From positions 77,155 to 141,154 of the IMG/VR virus record IMGVR_UViG_3300049573_000247: DNA of 64,000 nt; one strand, 5' to 3'. A program made the translations under genes and the position numbers. The notes below the pieces were generated by a model. It was not told the origin of the DNA. It searched no databases and was given only the letters and a program-made list of their open reading frames with translations. Shown here piece by piece: positions 35,452 through 45,170 of this stretch (its first letter is position 1; every line of letters starts with the position of its first letter). This stretch comes from a virus. Taxonomy: Duplodnaviria; Caudoviricetes.

Positions 35452-38400
35452 ATGGCAGTAATCGCGACTGCGGAAGTTCGTGTTGTCGCCGACACCAGCC
35501 GCTTCCTCTCCAACCTCCGTCGACAACTGCGTGGTGCTTTCAGCCAGATCGGCGCTCAGGCGGCGCAGCAATTCACCAACGCGTTCAACCAAAACGTCGG
35601 TAACCAGTTCACCGGCGGCCTCCGTCGCGCCGGACAGCAGGGCGGCGTCTCTTTCACCGACGGCCTGCGTACCGCGCTGCGCCGGGGCCTGCGCGGCATT
35701 CAGATCCTCGGCTTCCTTAACCTCGCCATCGCCCAAGGCCTCCAAGGCGCTGCACAGCTCGTTGCCCGAGGACTGCGTGTCGCCTTCGTCGAAGGCGGCC
35801 GGGGCATCGTCACCGCCTTCCAGAACGCCGTGGTCAACCCACTGCGCACCCTCATCGGCAACCTCTTCGGCAGGGCACTCAACGCCACACTCTCACGCCT
35901 TGCGCCCCTCTTCGCAGCTGCCGGAGCCGCAGCCCGCAACGCATTCTTCAGCCAGATGGCCGGTATCGGTGCGGCCATCACCAACTTCATCAACAGCCCC
36001 GTAGGACAAGCCCTCGGCCGACTCCCAGCGCTCTTCCGGGCCGCCGGTGACCTGGCCCGTGAAGCGTTCTTCCAGCGCATGGCAGGCATCGGCGCCGGAA
36101 TCATGAACATCATCGAAGGGCCCATCGGCCGCGCCGCTGCGCGCATCAGCCAGCTCTTCGGCGCTGCCGGTGTCCTCGCTCGCGAATCCTTCTTCCGCAG
36201 CATGGCCGGTATCGGCGCGGGCATCATGAACTTCATCGAGAGCCCCATCGGCCGGGCCCTCGGCAGGCTGCCAGCGCTCTTCCGGGCTGCTGGCGATCTG
36301 GCCCGTGAAGCGTTCTTCCAGCGCATGGCAGGCATCGGCGCGCTGATCACCAACGTCCTCGAAAGCCCCATCGGCCGGGCCCTCGGCAGGCTGCCTGCGC
36401 TGTTCCAAGCGTTCGGCACCCGCGCCAGTAACGCCTTCGGCCAAGGGCTGGCACGACTGCGACTTGCCGGAACCACGGCGATGAACAACATCACGGCCGC
36501 CATCAACCGTGCTGGACCTCGCATCCAGGCCGCTGCTACCAGGGCATTCGGGCCCGCCGCCCAAAGTGTCCAGCGCGCTTTCAACCTCGTCCCGTGGGCG
36601 CGCATCGGTCAGGGCATCGGCCGACTCTTCGGTCGGGGCCTGGGCGACGGCGCTGAAGAGGAAACTCAGCAGCGCGGCCAGAGCATTGGCGCGCGTTTCG
36701 GCGCCGCTATGACGCGGGGCCTGACCACCGGGCTGCGAGGTCTGGGCACTGCTTTGGCTTCCATCTCGCTTCGTCCACTACAAGGCCTCGCGGGGATCTT
36801 GAGCAATGCCACGAGCGAGATGATCTCGATGGCGGCACAGGCCCTGGTCGTTGTCGGCCTTCTGGAGTCTCTCTCGGGCGCCCTATTCGCGCTCCCAGCC
36901 GCCCTGAACGTCGTCGGCGCCGGTTTCGCCACTGTCGCCCTCGGCTTCAGTGGATTCTCCACTGCCATCAACACCGCGTTCGAAGACCTGTCGAATGTCG
37001 AGGCGGCCATCGCCGACCTCGCCCCGGCCGCTCAAGCAGTTGTCCGCGAGATCGTCGCCCTCGGCCCGGCTCTGACCAACCTGCGGCTGGACACACAGCA
37101 AGCACTGTTCTCCCAGCTCGCAGGCACCTTTACCGCCGTCGCCAACAACCTGCTGCCTGCTCTGAACGAAGGCCTCACCCGCTCCGGTGCTGCCTTCGGC
37201 AGCATCGTCGCCGGGATCGGCGAGTTCCTCGCCCAGGCCGCCACAGCCGATACCGTCACGGCGACCTTCGACACCCTTGTCGCGATCTTCGACGCACTCG
37301 CCGTGTCGACGGTGCCCTTCCTGGAGGCGATGCGCCTCCTGGCCGACACGTTCCTGCCCCGGATCGCGGAAGCGGCGGGCCCCATTGCCGGGCTCGGTGC
37401 TCAGTTCCAGGCCTGGACCGAGCAGGTCGTCGCCTCGGGCGACGCCATGGCAGCGTTCGATTTCGCCATCCAGGTATTCCAGCAGCTTGCGGGGATAGTC
37501 GGCGATCTCGCCGGGATCTTCCAGGCGACGTTCTCCGCCGCCGAGCTCGCCGGAGTCGACGCGCTCGGCGCGATCGGTGAAGCGCTCGAAGTCGTGCGCA
37601 CTACCTTCGAATCGTTCGAAGGACAGGCCGCCCTAGCGAACGTCTTCACTGCCATCGGCGACACCGTCAACGCCCTTGCGCCGGTCTTCGCCACCCTGAT
37701 TACCCAGCTTGGCCTCGTCTTCCCGATCATCGGGCAGCTTGCCGAGGCTCTCGGCCCTAGCCTGTCGGTCGTCCTTGAAGGGCTGGGCCAGGCTCTCCTC
37801 GCACTCGGGCCCGGTGTCATCGCCGTTTTCGACGGCATCGCCGCCGCCGCCGAGGCCATCGCGCCCGCCCTGCAGCCCTTGGGTGAGGCCATCGGAGCAG
37901 TACTAACTGCAATCGCACCGATACTCCCTGTAATCGGGGAGCTGATCGGCATCGTCATCACACTCGGTGCACAGATCCTGTCCGTGCTCGCCAGCGCGAT
38001 CATGCCGATCGTGCAGGCGCTCGCGGGCGCCCTCGCACCAGTGCTGCCCCTTATCGCCGACCTGTTCACCAGGCTCGTCGAGGCGCTTGCGCCCGTGATC
38101 GAGGCCCTCGGCGCTGGGCTGGCAAGCGTTATCGCGACGCTCCTGCCGCCGATCCTGCAGCTCGTCGTCGCCCTGGCCGATGCCTTGATGCCCGTGATCG
38201 AGGCGCTTTTGCCGGTTTTGACACCAATTATTGAGATTTTCTTCCAATTGGTGAATGTGATCGGTTCACTGCTCGTACCTGTCATTTCGCTCCTTTTGCC
38301 CATCATTGAGGCGCTTAGTCCGGTTTTGCAGCTCGTCGGGCTCGTCCTCGCCCCCCAGCTGGAGCTGTTCTCGGCGATCCTGCAGCCGATCACCACGCTG

Positions 38401-39234
38401 ATCACCCTGATCGCGAGCCTGCTCACGCCCGTGATCGAGTTCCTCGCCGAGATCATCGGCACGATCATCGGCATCGCGCTCGTCCCGCTGACCGCTGCCT
38501 TCGAATTCCTGGCAGATGTACTGGCCGACCACGTGATTCCATGGTTCGAGGCGAGCGCCCTGGTACTGAGGATGTTCTGGGAGAACGCGATCGAGCCGCT
38601 GATCCAGTGGATCGGCCGACTGAGCAGCGGCGTCAACGAGCGATTCGGCACTATCCGTGACGCAGTGAGCACTCTCTGGAATCTCTGGAAGAACCGCTTC
38701 GATCTCATGGAGAGCCTGATTGAGACCGTGGTCGACGTGGTCTCCGACGCTGCGAGCAGCATCGCTGACTTCTTCAGCGACATGGGCGACACAATCAGTG
38801 ACGTCTTTGACAACATGCTCGACGGCCTGCGCAGTGCCCGCGACACCATTTCTGGCATCGTGGACTCGATCGTCGGTTTCGTCCAAGACGCCATCAACAC
38901 CGCCCAGAACCTCGGCAATATCGATCTCAGCCCGTTCGCCAACGGCGGGATCGTGAACGGCCCCACTGCCGCACTCATCGGCGAGGCGGGCCGCGAGGTC
39001 GTCATCCCGCTCACCCGTCCGCAGCGTGCCGCTGAACTCGCCCAGCAGTCCGGCCTCATCGACTTGCTCGCTTCGCAGGGCGCCTTGGGCGCCGCCCAGG
39101 CCACCACCTCCGGACCACCAGTCGAAATGCATGTCCATTCGGGCATTGCCGACCCCGAGCAGATCGCCCGGCGCGCCATCCGGATCATCGAGCGGCGCAT
39201 GGGCGGTCGCGGATTGGAGCGACTGGGCACATGA
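35452..39234 (+). CDS. tape measure protein
   Basis: 1260 aa, Ala/Leu/Gly-rich, 41-aa and short Pro-spaced repeats, C-terminal FANGGIV.GPT.ALIGEAG.E.VIPL. Confidence 0.92.
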   Translation: MAVIATAEVRVVADTSRFLSNLRRQLRGAFSQIGAQAAQQFTNAFNQNVGNQFTGGLRRAGQQGGVSFTDGLRTALRRGLRGIQILGFLNLAIAQGLQGAAQLVARGLRVAFVEGGRGIVTAFQNAVVNPLRTLIGNLFGRALNATLSRLAPLFAAAGAAARNAFFSQMAGIGAAITNFINSPVGQALGRLPALFRAAGDLAREAFFQRMAGIGAGIMNIIEGPIGRAAARISQLFGAAGVLARESFFRSMAGIGAGIMNFIESPIGRALGRLPALFRAAGDLAREAFFQRMAGIGALITNVLESPIGRALGRLPALFQAFGTRASNAFGQGLARLRLAGTTAMNNITAAINRAGPRIQAAATRAFGPAAQSVQRAFNLVPWARIGQGIGRLFGRGLGDGAEEETQQRGQSIGARFGAAMTRGLTTGLRGLGTALASISLRPLQGLAGILSNATSEMISMAAQALVVVGLLESLSGALFALPAALNVVGAGFATVALGFSGFSTAINTAFEDLSNVEAAIADLAPAAQAVVREIVALGPALTNLRLDTQQALFSQLAGTFTAVANNLLPALNEGLTRSGAAFGSIVAGIGEFLAQAATADTVTATFDTLVAIFDALAVSTVPFLEAMRLLADTFLPRIAEAAGPIAGLGAQFQAWTEQVVASGDAMAAFDFAIQVFQQLAGIVGDLAGIFQATFSAAELAGVDALGAIGEALEVVRTTFESFEGQAALANVFTAIGDTVNALAPVFATLITQLGLVFPIIGQLAEALGPSLSVVLEGLGQALLALGPGVIAVFDGIAAAAEAIAPALQPLGEAIGAVLTAIAPILPVIGELIGIVITLGAQILSVLASAIMPIVQALAGALAPVLPLIADLFTRLVEALAPVIEALGAGLASVIATLLPPILQLVVALADALMPVIEALLPVLTPIIEIFFQLVNVIGSLLVPVISLLLPIIEALSPVLQLVGLVLAPQLELFSAILQPITTLITLIASLLTPVIEFLAEIIGTIIGIALVPLTAAFEFLADVLADHVIPWFEASALVLRMFWENAIEPLIQWIGRLSSGVNERFGTIRDAVSTLWNLWKNRFDLMESLIETVVDVVSDAASSIADFFSDMGDTISDVFDNMLDGLRSARDTISGIVDSIVGFVQDAINTAQNLGNIDLSPFANGGIVNGPTAALIGEAGREVVIPLTRPQRAAELAQQSGLIDLLASQGALGAAQATTSGPPVEMHVHSGIADPEQIARRAIRIIERRMGGRGLERLGT

Positions 39235-40445
39235 TCACCGACCGCGCTGGATGGCTCGCTTTCGACGGTACCGAGATCATCAACTCCGCACGCCTCGCCG
39301 CATACCTCGCGCACAACCCCTGCACGCCCGGCGCCACCACCATCTGCGTCCCATGTCCCGAGCTGATCGCGGAGGTATCGGACCCTCCGTTCATCTCGCC
39401 GCAGGACGACAGCGCGCCCTGGTACGACCCTGCGCTTCCGGTGTCCGCTGACTTCCTCGGCGTCGGCGGCATCGACATCGAGGGCCTGTGGATGCAGCCG
39501 TCCGAGGTCGTCGACGGCGTCATCGTCCGCGACATGAGCGTTCGCGTCGTTCTCGCGGGACGGTCCGAGGCCGCTGTTTCCTACGGCCTCGCATGGCTAG
39601 CGCAGGCGCTGAACGGATCGTTCTGCCCCACGGGATCGTGCGTCGGCGGTCAGATGTGTGTGGCAGTCGCGTGCCCCACGGAGAACGCACCCGATCCAGT
39701 GCGCACCCTCGTCGACGTCATTGCCTTGGAGAAGCCGCAGGTCGTGCAGGTCTGGTCCTCCAGTGGCATCACCTGGTGGGAAGTCGAATTCGTGATGCGC
39801 GCTCGCAACTCGGGTCTCTACCAGGAGTCGGGCATCTCCCTGACGTTCAACGCCCAGACCGGTGCCGTCGAAACTGTCAACCTCCTCGAAGCCTACGAGG
39901 GATGCAACGACGTCCAGCCGTGCGCTACTGACCCCGAATGCCCACGCCCGCTGATTCCCGAGATCCCGCAACCACCCATCGACGCCTGCTACCCCACCGA
40001 AGACTTCGAGGCGCACCGGTCGATCGCTTCCATCGACGGGTTCGTCGTTCCCTCGTGGCTGGAACTGGTGCCCGTCATTACTATCCGCGCCGGATCGACC
40101 GTTCCCTTGCGAAACGTGGTGTTCCGGTTCTACCAGAATCCCCTCGGACTCGATTGCACCGATCTCATCACCGTCGACCCCTGCGCTGCCTGCACTGACA
40201 TCACCGTGCTCTACGTCCCACCCGGCGGTGTCACCGTCATCGACGGACGCACCTCACGCGCACAGACCAACTGCCTCGGTGGCGACGTGGATGTCCCAGC
40301 TCTCTACGGGCCCGGAGGCAGAACCTTCAACTGGCCCACCTTCTCCTGCGGGTACGGCCTGTGCGTTGAAGTGCTCGCTGCCGCCGGAGACAACCCCGAG
40401 GCCGAGGCAACTGTCGAGTTCTACACCCGATGGGAAGCAGCCTGA
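39231..40445 (+). CDS. minor tail protein (distal tail-like)
   Basis: ATGA overlap with tape measure; GWL.F.G.EIIN..R..AY, APWYDP..P.S..F.G. Confidence 0.8.
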   Translation: MITDRAGWLAFDGTEIINSARLAAYLAHNPCTPGATTICVPCPELIAEVSDPPFISPQDDSAPWYDPALPVSADFLGVGGIDIEGLWMQPSEVVDGVIVRDMSVRVVLAGRSEAAVSYGLAWLAQALNGSFCPTGSCVGGQMCVAVACPTENAPDPVRTLVDVIALEKPQVVQVWSSSGITWWEVEFVMRARNSGLYQESGISLTFNAQTGAVETVNLLEAYEGCNDVQPCATDPECPRPLIPEIPQPPIDACYPTEDFEAHRSIASIDGFVVPSWLELVPVITIRAGSTVPLRNVVFRFYQNPLGLDCTDLITVDPCAACTDITVLYVPPGGVTVIDGRTSRAQTNCLGGDVDVPALYGPGGRTFNWPTFSCGYGLCVEVLAAAGDNPEAEATVEFYTRWEAA

Positions 40446-41671
40446 TGAGCGACCTCACCGCATCATCACCGATCCTCGGCTGCGCCAGCAGCTACCGTGT
40501 CGAGGTGTTCCTCCTCGAACGCACCGACAACAACGACGTACCGCTGCCCGCCGCACGCATGCGGTATATCGGTGTACTCGAAGGCATCACCCAGATCGTC
40601 TGGGGGCGCAGGCTCCGGGACTTCTCCGAAGCGGAGATCACGCTGGACTTCAACGCCTCTGACTCCGAGTGCTGCCGCATGTTCAACATCTTGGCCAACT
40701 CAGTCCGCGTAGCGCAGCTCCGCATCTGGAGAGATGAAACGCAGGTTTGGGAAGGCGAGGTCATGCAGGCCTCAGAAGTGACCGGCTCTACGGTGAAAAC
40801 CATCGTTGCCCGCGACATGGTGCAGCGCCTCGACGACACCGTCAACGACTTCTCCCTCGACTACGTCGAAACGTCCGTCACCGAGATCGCCTACGACATC
40901 ATCGAACGGAATCTGAACGATGCCGCCTTCGCCAACCCCCTCGACGACACACTGATCCTTTCGCAGATCGTCGTCGAAGCCGTCACTGACCCCGACGACG
41001 TCATCAACTACCGGCCCGGCCCAAAGGTCGCCACCGTCGGCGAACTCCTACGGACCCTCGGACAGTCCTACGGGCTCGACTTCACCACGATCAACCGATC
41101 TATCCGGTTGCAACGACGGCGCACCACGCAGGACCAGACCTACGCCCGTCTCAACACACAGCACCTCATCGGCGAGGCCGAAGCCCGCTCTAACGGTCTC
41201 GCTGCTGCAACGCGAGGTTGGGCCACCACGCAGAAGGAAGACGACACTGAACCTCGTGGCACCGAGACGAATGAGTACTGGCCTGGAATCACTCAGAACT
41301 TCGGGACCACCGGAACCAGGTACGGTCGCATCGACGTGCTCAACCGCGTACAAGACAACAACGCCGATGAATCTGACGTGCTGTCCTCAGCTAAACGCGC
41401 AGCATGGGGAAGGAACCCACCGCCATCGGAGATCCTTCTGCCGACATCAGCGCAGTTGTCACCTTCAGCGCCTCTTACGATGCCTGAACTGGTGCCAGGG
41501 ATGAGAATCGACTTCTTCGCTGAGGAAGGGCTGTGCCGACCGATCCGGCAGGGTATGCGTCTGCTCGCCGTGGAAGTCACATGGACTCCATCCGGAGCGA
41601 ACACCTCCGACGGCGAAGAGGTAGCAGTAGAACTCTCCACCCTCTCGGATGTCACCGGTGTAGAACCTTAA
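40445..41671 (+). CDS. minor tail protein (hub / Gp37-like)
   Basis: W.R.L.D.SEA, L.IWRD...VWEG.V, LSP.AP....LVPG. Confidence 0.78.
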   Translation: MSDLTASSPILGCASSYRVEVFLLERTDNNDVPLPAARMRYIGVLEGITQIVWGRRLRDFSEAEITLDFNASDSECCRMFNILANSVRVAQLRIWRDETQVWEGEVMQASEVTGSTVKTIVARDMVQRLDDTVNDFSLDYVETSVTEIAYDIIERNLNDAAFANPLDDTLILSQIVVEAVTDPDDVINYRPGPKVATVGELLRTLGQSYGLDFTTINRSIRLQRRRTTQDQTYARLNTQHLIGEAEARSNGLAAATRGWATTQKEDDTEPRGTETNEYWPGITQNFGTTGTRYGRIDVLNRVQDNNADESDVLSSAKRAAWGRNPPPSEILLPTSAQLSPSAPLTMPELVPGMRIDFFAEEGLCRPIRQGMRLLAVEVTWTPSGANTSDGEEVAVELSTLSDVTGVEP

Positions 41672-41682
41672 ACGGCATGAAA

Positions 41683-41718
41683 AACGTCCCCCGCGCTGAT
41701 GATCGCGCGGGGGACGTT
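41683..41718. terminator. 14-bp hairpin between convergent tail and par operons
   Basis: AACGTCCCCCGCGC ... GCGCGGGGGACGTT. Confidence 0.75.
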
Positions 41719-41734
41719 CGGTGTATCGCTGTGC

Positions 41735-41944
41735 TTACGTCTCGATGCGGTACTTCTCGAAGAGCCGCTTCCAGTCTGCCTCGTTCTCGAAGTATGAAAT
41801 GTCGATGTATCGAAGCAAAGCACGCTCTAGGTGGGATCGCTTGGTTCCCACACCGTCTTCGCACATGTCGTCTAGAGCGTTCCAGATCGACTCGTCGATT
41901 TGGAATGAGAGCATTCTCCTCGGTGGCTCACTGGGCTTCCCCAC
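41735..41944 (-). CDS. small ribbon-helix-helix protein
   Basis: RMLSFQIDESIWNALDDMC...KRSHLERALLRYI; AGGAGAGG RBS before GTG 41944. Confidence 0.7.
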   Translation of the reverse strand: MGKPSEPPRRMLSFQIDESIWNALDDMCEDGVGTKRSHLERALLRYIDISYFENEADWKRLFEKYRIET

Positions 41945-42416
41945 TGGCGTACCTCTCCTTGGCGGTGATGTGGTCCGAGTAGAAACCCGTCTCCACACAA
42001 CGGTCCGCGTAGGCGTCAGGGACCACCTCAGGGTCATGCGCGTTGACGCCGGTTTCGATGAGTATGGTCATCCCCTCGCCGATCTCGGTGATGCCCTGCT
42101 TGTCGCACCAGTCGCGGACCGCGTCGATCAGGAAGATCGGGACTCGACCATTGAGCTGGTCCTTGTCCTGACGCGGGGCCTTGACTCGCTTTCGCAGACG
42201 CTGCTTCCTCGCCTGCTCCGGAGAAACGGAGCCGATGTTATCGCTGGTAGGCGTCCTAGCTAGCATCCTAGGAGTCGTCCTAGGACTCTCACCAGCGGTT
42301 TCTTCTCTGGCGTTGCTAGCTGCTGGCCCGGTAGGCTCGTCGTTGTTCTCGGCAGGAGACGGCGACGCGAACTCGTCGTCGATCTCGGGGTCGTCTTTCG
42401 GTTTCGCCCTAGGCAC
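41928..42416 (-). CDS. ParA partner (type Ib centromere-binding protein, C-terminal RHH)
   Basis: Overlaps the parA stop; disordered N-terminus, QLNGRVPIFLIDAVRDWC. Confidence 0.7.
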   Translation of the reverse strand: MPRAKPKDDPEIDDEFASPSPAENNDEPTGPAASNAREETAGESPRTTPRMLARTPTSDNIGSVSPEQARKQRLRKRVKAPRQDKDQLNGRVPIFLIDAVRDWCDKQGITEIGEGMTILIETGVNAHDPEVVPDAYADRCVETGFYSDHITAKERYASGEAQ

Positions 42417-43125
42417 GGATCACTCCCTCTTCCTTCATCTCGGTGACGATCTTGCGGACGGGGCTCATGTCGAGGCCCTTGTCCTGGGGGTGGAACTTGA
42501 AGACTTCTTCGAAGATCTTGCGGTCAGGCAGCCAGCTGGAAAAGACGTTGAGGTCATTTTTGAGGTAGTTGTCGACGTACCCCTCGAACTCCTCGGAAGG
42601 TTCATGGCCTCCGCTGAACTGGCGCAGGGCGCGCTGGGTCTTGACGCGTCCGAAGAGCACCCAAGGGGTGAGCTTCTCGTGTTCGCGGCCGTGGTCCATC
42701 AAGCCTGAACGGATGCTGTTGCGAGCGGTCACGACCTTCACGCGGTCGAACTTCGACATGGTGGTGCAGATGATCATGTCGGTCGCGTCTTCGGTGACGG
42801 CGCGCGTCATGACGTCGTCGCCGCCCTGGAGGTCGTAGATCCGGATGTCGTGCTCGGGCAGTTCGTTGTTGGCGGCGTCGACGATCTGCTCGTGACCGGC
42901 GGTGATGTAGTGGAAGGGCAGTGGGGTACCGCTGCCCTTCTCGCTGCGCTGCTTCACGGCAGCGAGCCATTCGCGCGTGGTGGCCGATCGTCGGTCGCCA
43001 TCGACGAAGCCGACGCGGTAGCCCTCAAGGGCCAGCTGGAAGGCCTTGAGGACGGCGGCTGTGGTCTTACCGACGCCGGGCTTCATCGAGCTGTAGCCGA
43101 GGACGGTGTGGGGGAGGGTGGACAT
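42409..43125 (-). CDS. parA: ParA-family partition ATPase
   Basis: Deviant Walker A KPGVGKTT, VGFVDGD, IRIYD; AAAGGAG RBS. Confidence 0.88.
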   Translation of the reverse strand: MSTLPHTVLGYSSMKPGVGKTTAAVLKAFQLALEGYRVGFVDGDRRSATTREWLAAVKQRSEKGSGTPLPFHYITAGHEQIVDAANNELPEHDIRIYDLQGGDDVMTRAVTEDATDMIICTTMSKFDRVKVVTARNSIRSGLMDHGREHEKLTPWVLFGRVKTQRALRQFSGGHEPSEEFEGYVDNYLKNDLNVFSSWLPDRKIFEEVFKFHPQDKGLDMSPVRKIVTEMKEEGVIRA

Positions 43126-43140
43126 GGAACTCCTTTCAAA

Positions 43141-43168
43141 CAAGAAAGATCAAGCTTGATCTTTCTTG
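43141..43168. promoter_or_regulatory. perfect 28-bp AT-rich palindrome upstream of parA
   Basis: CAAGAAAGATCAAGCTTGATCTTTCTTG equals its own reverse complement. Confidence 0.75.
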
Positions 43169-43292
43169 ACAGTTGATGAGGCTAGCACATGTTCCAACCG
43201 GATTTTTCGTGCCGGTTTGGCGCATAAGTGCTGTCTGCTCCCTAACGTGCGATGATGGTGTTAGTGCACCAATGACCGTTTCGGGAGAGTTC

Positions 43293-45161
43293 ATGGTGAG
43301 ATGTGGGTGTAACGCGGCCTCTGCCACCACATGTGACGCGATCGTGCTGTGCGTGGCGCAGAACCTGGGGCCCGGCTTGCGCTACGACACGGCTAGCGGC
43401 CTCATCGGCGTCCAGATCTCGGGGAATGCGGGGAACGCCACGATCATCGGTACCGATGGCGGTGTCTATACCCCCGGAACTGGTGCATCTCCCGACCCGG
43501 CCTCCGGGCGCCGTACAGTCGCTGGTCTCGGCGAACAGATCATCTGCGCCCCTACGGGCGGTGGCGGCGGCATGGCGCCATTCTCCAGCCCATATGGCAT
43601 GGAGTATGCCGTTGCCAACCGCATGGACATGATCTCCCTGCATACGTTCGCGTTGGCCGACGGCGTCGCCGTCAACCGCATCACTGGCCCCCGCGATGAC
43701 ATCGCCAGCCATACCGACAACCCATCCAGCATCGAGTGGGAGAACATTTCAAGCCTCGCGTTGGAATCGCTTTTGGTCGATGCTGGATCGCGGGTCTCAC
43801 CGACAGGGCGTGAATCCGGTGCCCCGGCGGCTCTGCTCAGCCCCGACGGCGGCTGGTGGGGGTTCTATGCCAACAACTGGGTACCGCAGACCTTGGCCCA
43901 GGCACTGTGGCAGCTTGCTGCTCGCTCAGTCGCACATCTAGTGGCGTACGGCGCTGATGTCCAGTCAGCTGTCGACAGAAACATCACTGCCACGATCAAC
44001 GCGGTGATCCAAACCGGTGCGCAGGCCTGGACCATCACGGGTGCTCCCGCCTACGTTCAGGACAGCGGCGGCGATGTCATCCGAGGAACACTCGCAGCCA
44101 ACGTCGCTTCGATTACCGGCGCGGGCCTGGTGGCGCTCGCTGATTTGTTCGATGAGCAGGACCTCATCGGGACCGAAACTCCATTCACCGCCGCCGAGAT
44201 CGTCGCAACCGGAGCTACGTGGGTGCGCGTTGTCTCTCCTCGCCGCAGTCAGGACGTCATCACCTCCGCGCGGATCACCGAGCTTGTTGATGCCGGACTC
44301 AATGTTCTGGTAGCTACGACCGGTCGCCACGCTGACACAACTGACATGTTCGCCCTAGGGGTGCGCGGCATCGTGTCCGACTCGCCCGTGTACTCCCGTG
44401 GCGTCCGGGGCCAGACCGGTGACCTCGACTACCGCAAGGAAATTGTCATTCCCGGCCTGCAAAGCCGGGGGCCTATGGAAGGCGATCTGACCCTTCGCAC
44501 CGATGACGGCCATGGCGTCGGCGATATCGGTTACGCACGTCAGGCTAGCGTCGGCCGCTACTTCCAGCCCGGTTTTGGTTGGACCGGAGGGATCGGCAAC
44601 CACTTCATGTCGCAGCTTTTGGGCGAATTGTGCCCAATCCCGGTGGCCAGCGGTTACCGTCTGCGCATCCGGTTCCGTATCGCGCCCGAACAGGTCACCA
44701 CGATCACCGGCACAATCCCGAAAATGGGCGTCTTCTTCGCTGCTCCGACCGATCTACCGATCGAATGGGCGACCGCCGATGGCGCACCGAGCTACCAGAA
44801 CGGTTACTGGTTCACCGTCTCGGTGGGTTCAGGGAACGCCGGAGACATCGTGCTCGGAAAGGTGAACGACGGCGACTTCTCCGTCGTCGACGACTCGCTG
44901 TCGTTTCCGGCGGTCGACTACACCGCCTGGTTCAACTTCAACATCCACGTCATCGATTCCGACACCATCTCTTTCGGCGCCGGTCATGACGGCGTCGAGG
45001 TAGGAACCACCATCACCGACGCCGACCACCGGGGACCGTATCTGTTCTACGGGTGGGAAGACGACTACACGCTCCCGGCAGCCACGTCGCAGCAGTTCGG
45101 ACACGGATATGCACCGTACGAGCTGTTCGATGACGGCTCGCCGATGATCGAGTTTGACTAG
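43293..45161 (+). CDS. tail/receptor-binding protein with degenerate GDPD barrel and beta-sandwich C-domain
   Basis: RCGC N-motif; GDPD-like ADGV.V and GL.V....LGVRGIVSDSP; catalytic HRG absent. Confidence 0.7.
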   Translation: MVRCGCNAASATTCDAIVLCVAQNLGPGLRYDTASGLIGVQISGNAGNATIIGTDGGVYTPGTGASPDPASGRRTVAGLGEQIICAPTGGGGGMAPFSSPYGMEYAVANRMDMISLHTFALADGVAVNRITGPRDDIASHTDNPSSIEWENISSLALESLLVDAGSRVSPTGRESGAPAALLSPDGGWWGFYANNWVPQTLAQALWQLAARSVAHLVAYGADVQSAVDRNITATINAVIQTGAQAWTITGAPAYVQDSGGDVIRGTLAANVASITGAGLVALADLFDEQDLIGTETPFTAAEIVATGATWVRVVSPRRSQDVITSARITELVDAGLNVLVATTGRHADTTDMFALGVRGIVSDSPVYSRGVRGQTGDLDYRKEIVIPGLQSRGPMEGDLTLRTDDGHGVGDIGYARQASVGRYFQPGFGWTGGIGNHFMSQLLGELCPIPVASGYRLRIRFRIAPEQVTTITGTIPKMGVFFAAPTDLPIEWATADGAPSYQNGYWFTVSVGSGNAGDIVLGKVNDGDFSVVDDSLSFPAVDYTAWFNFNIHVIDSDTISFGAGHDGVEVGTTITDADHRGPYLFYGWEDDYTLPAATSQQFGHGYAPYELFDDGSPMIEFD

Positions 45162-45170
45162 GGAGCATTC

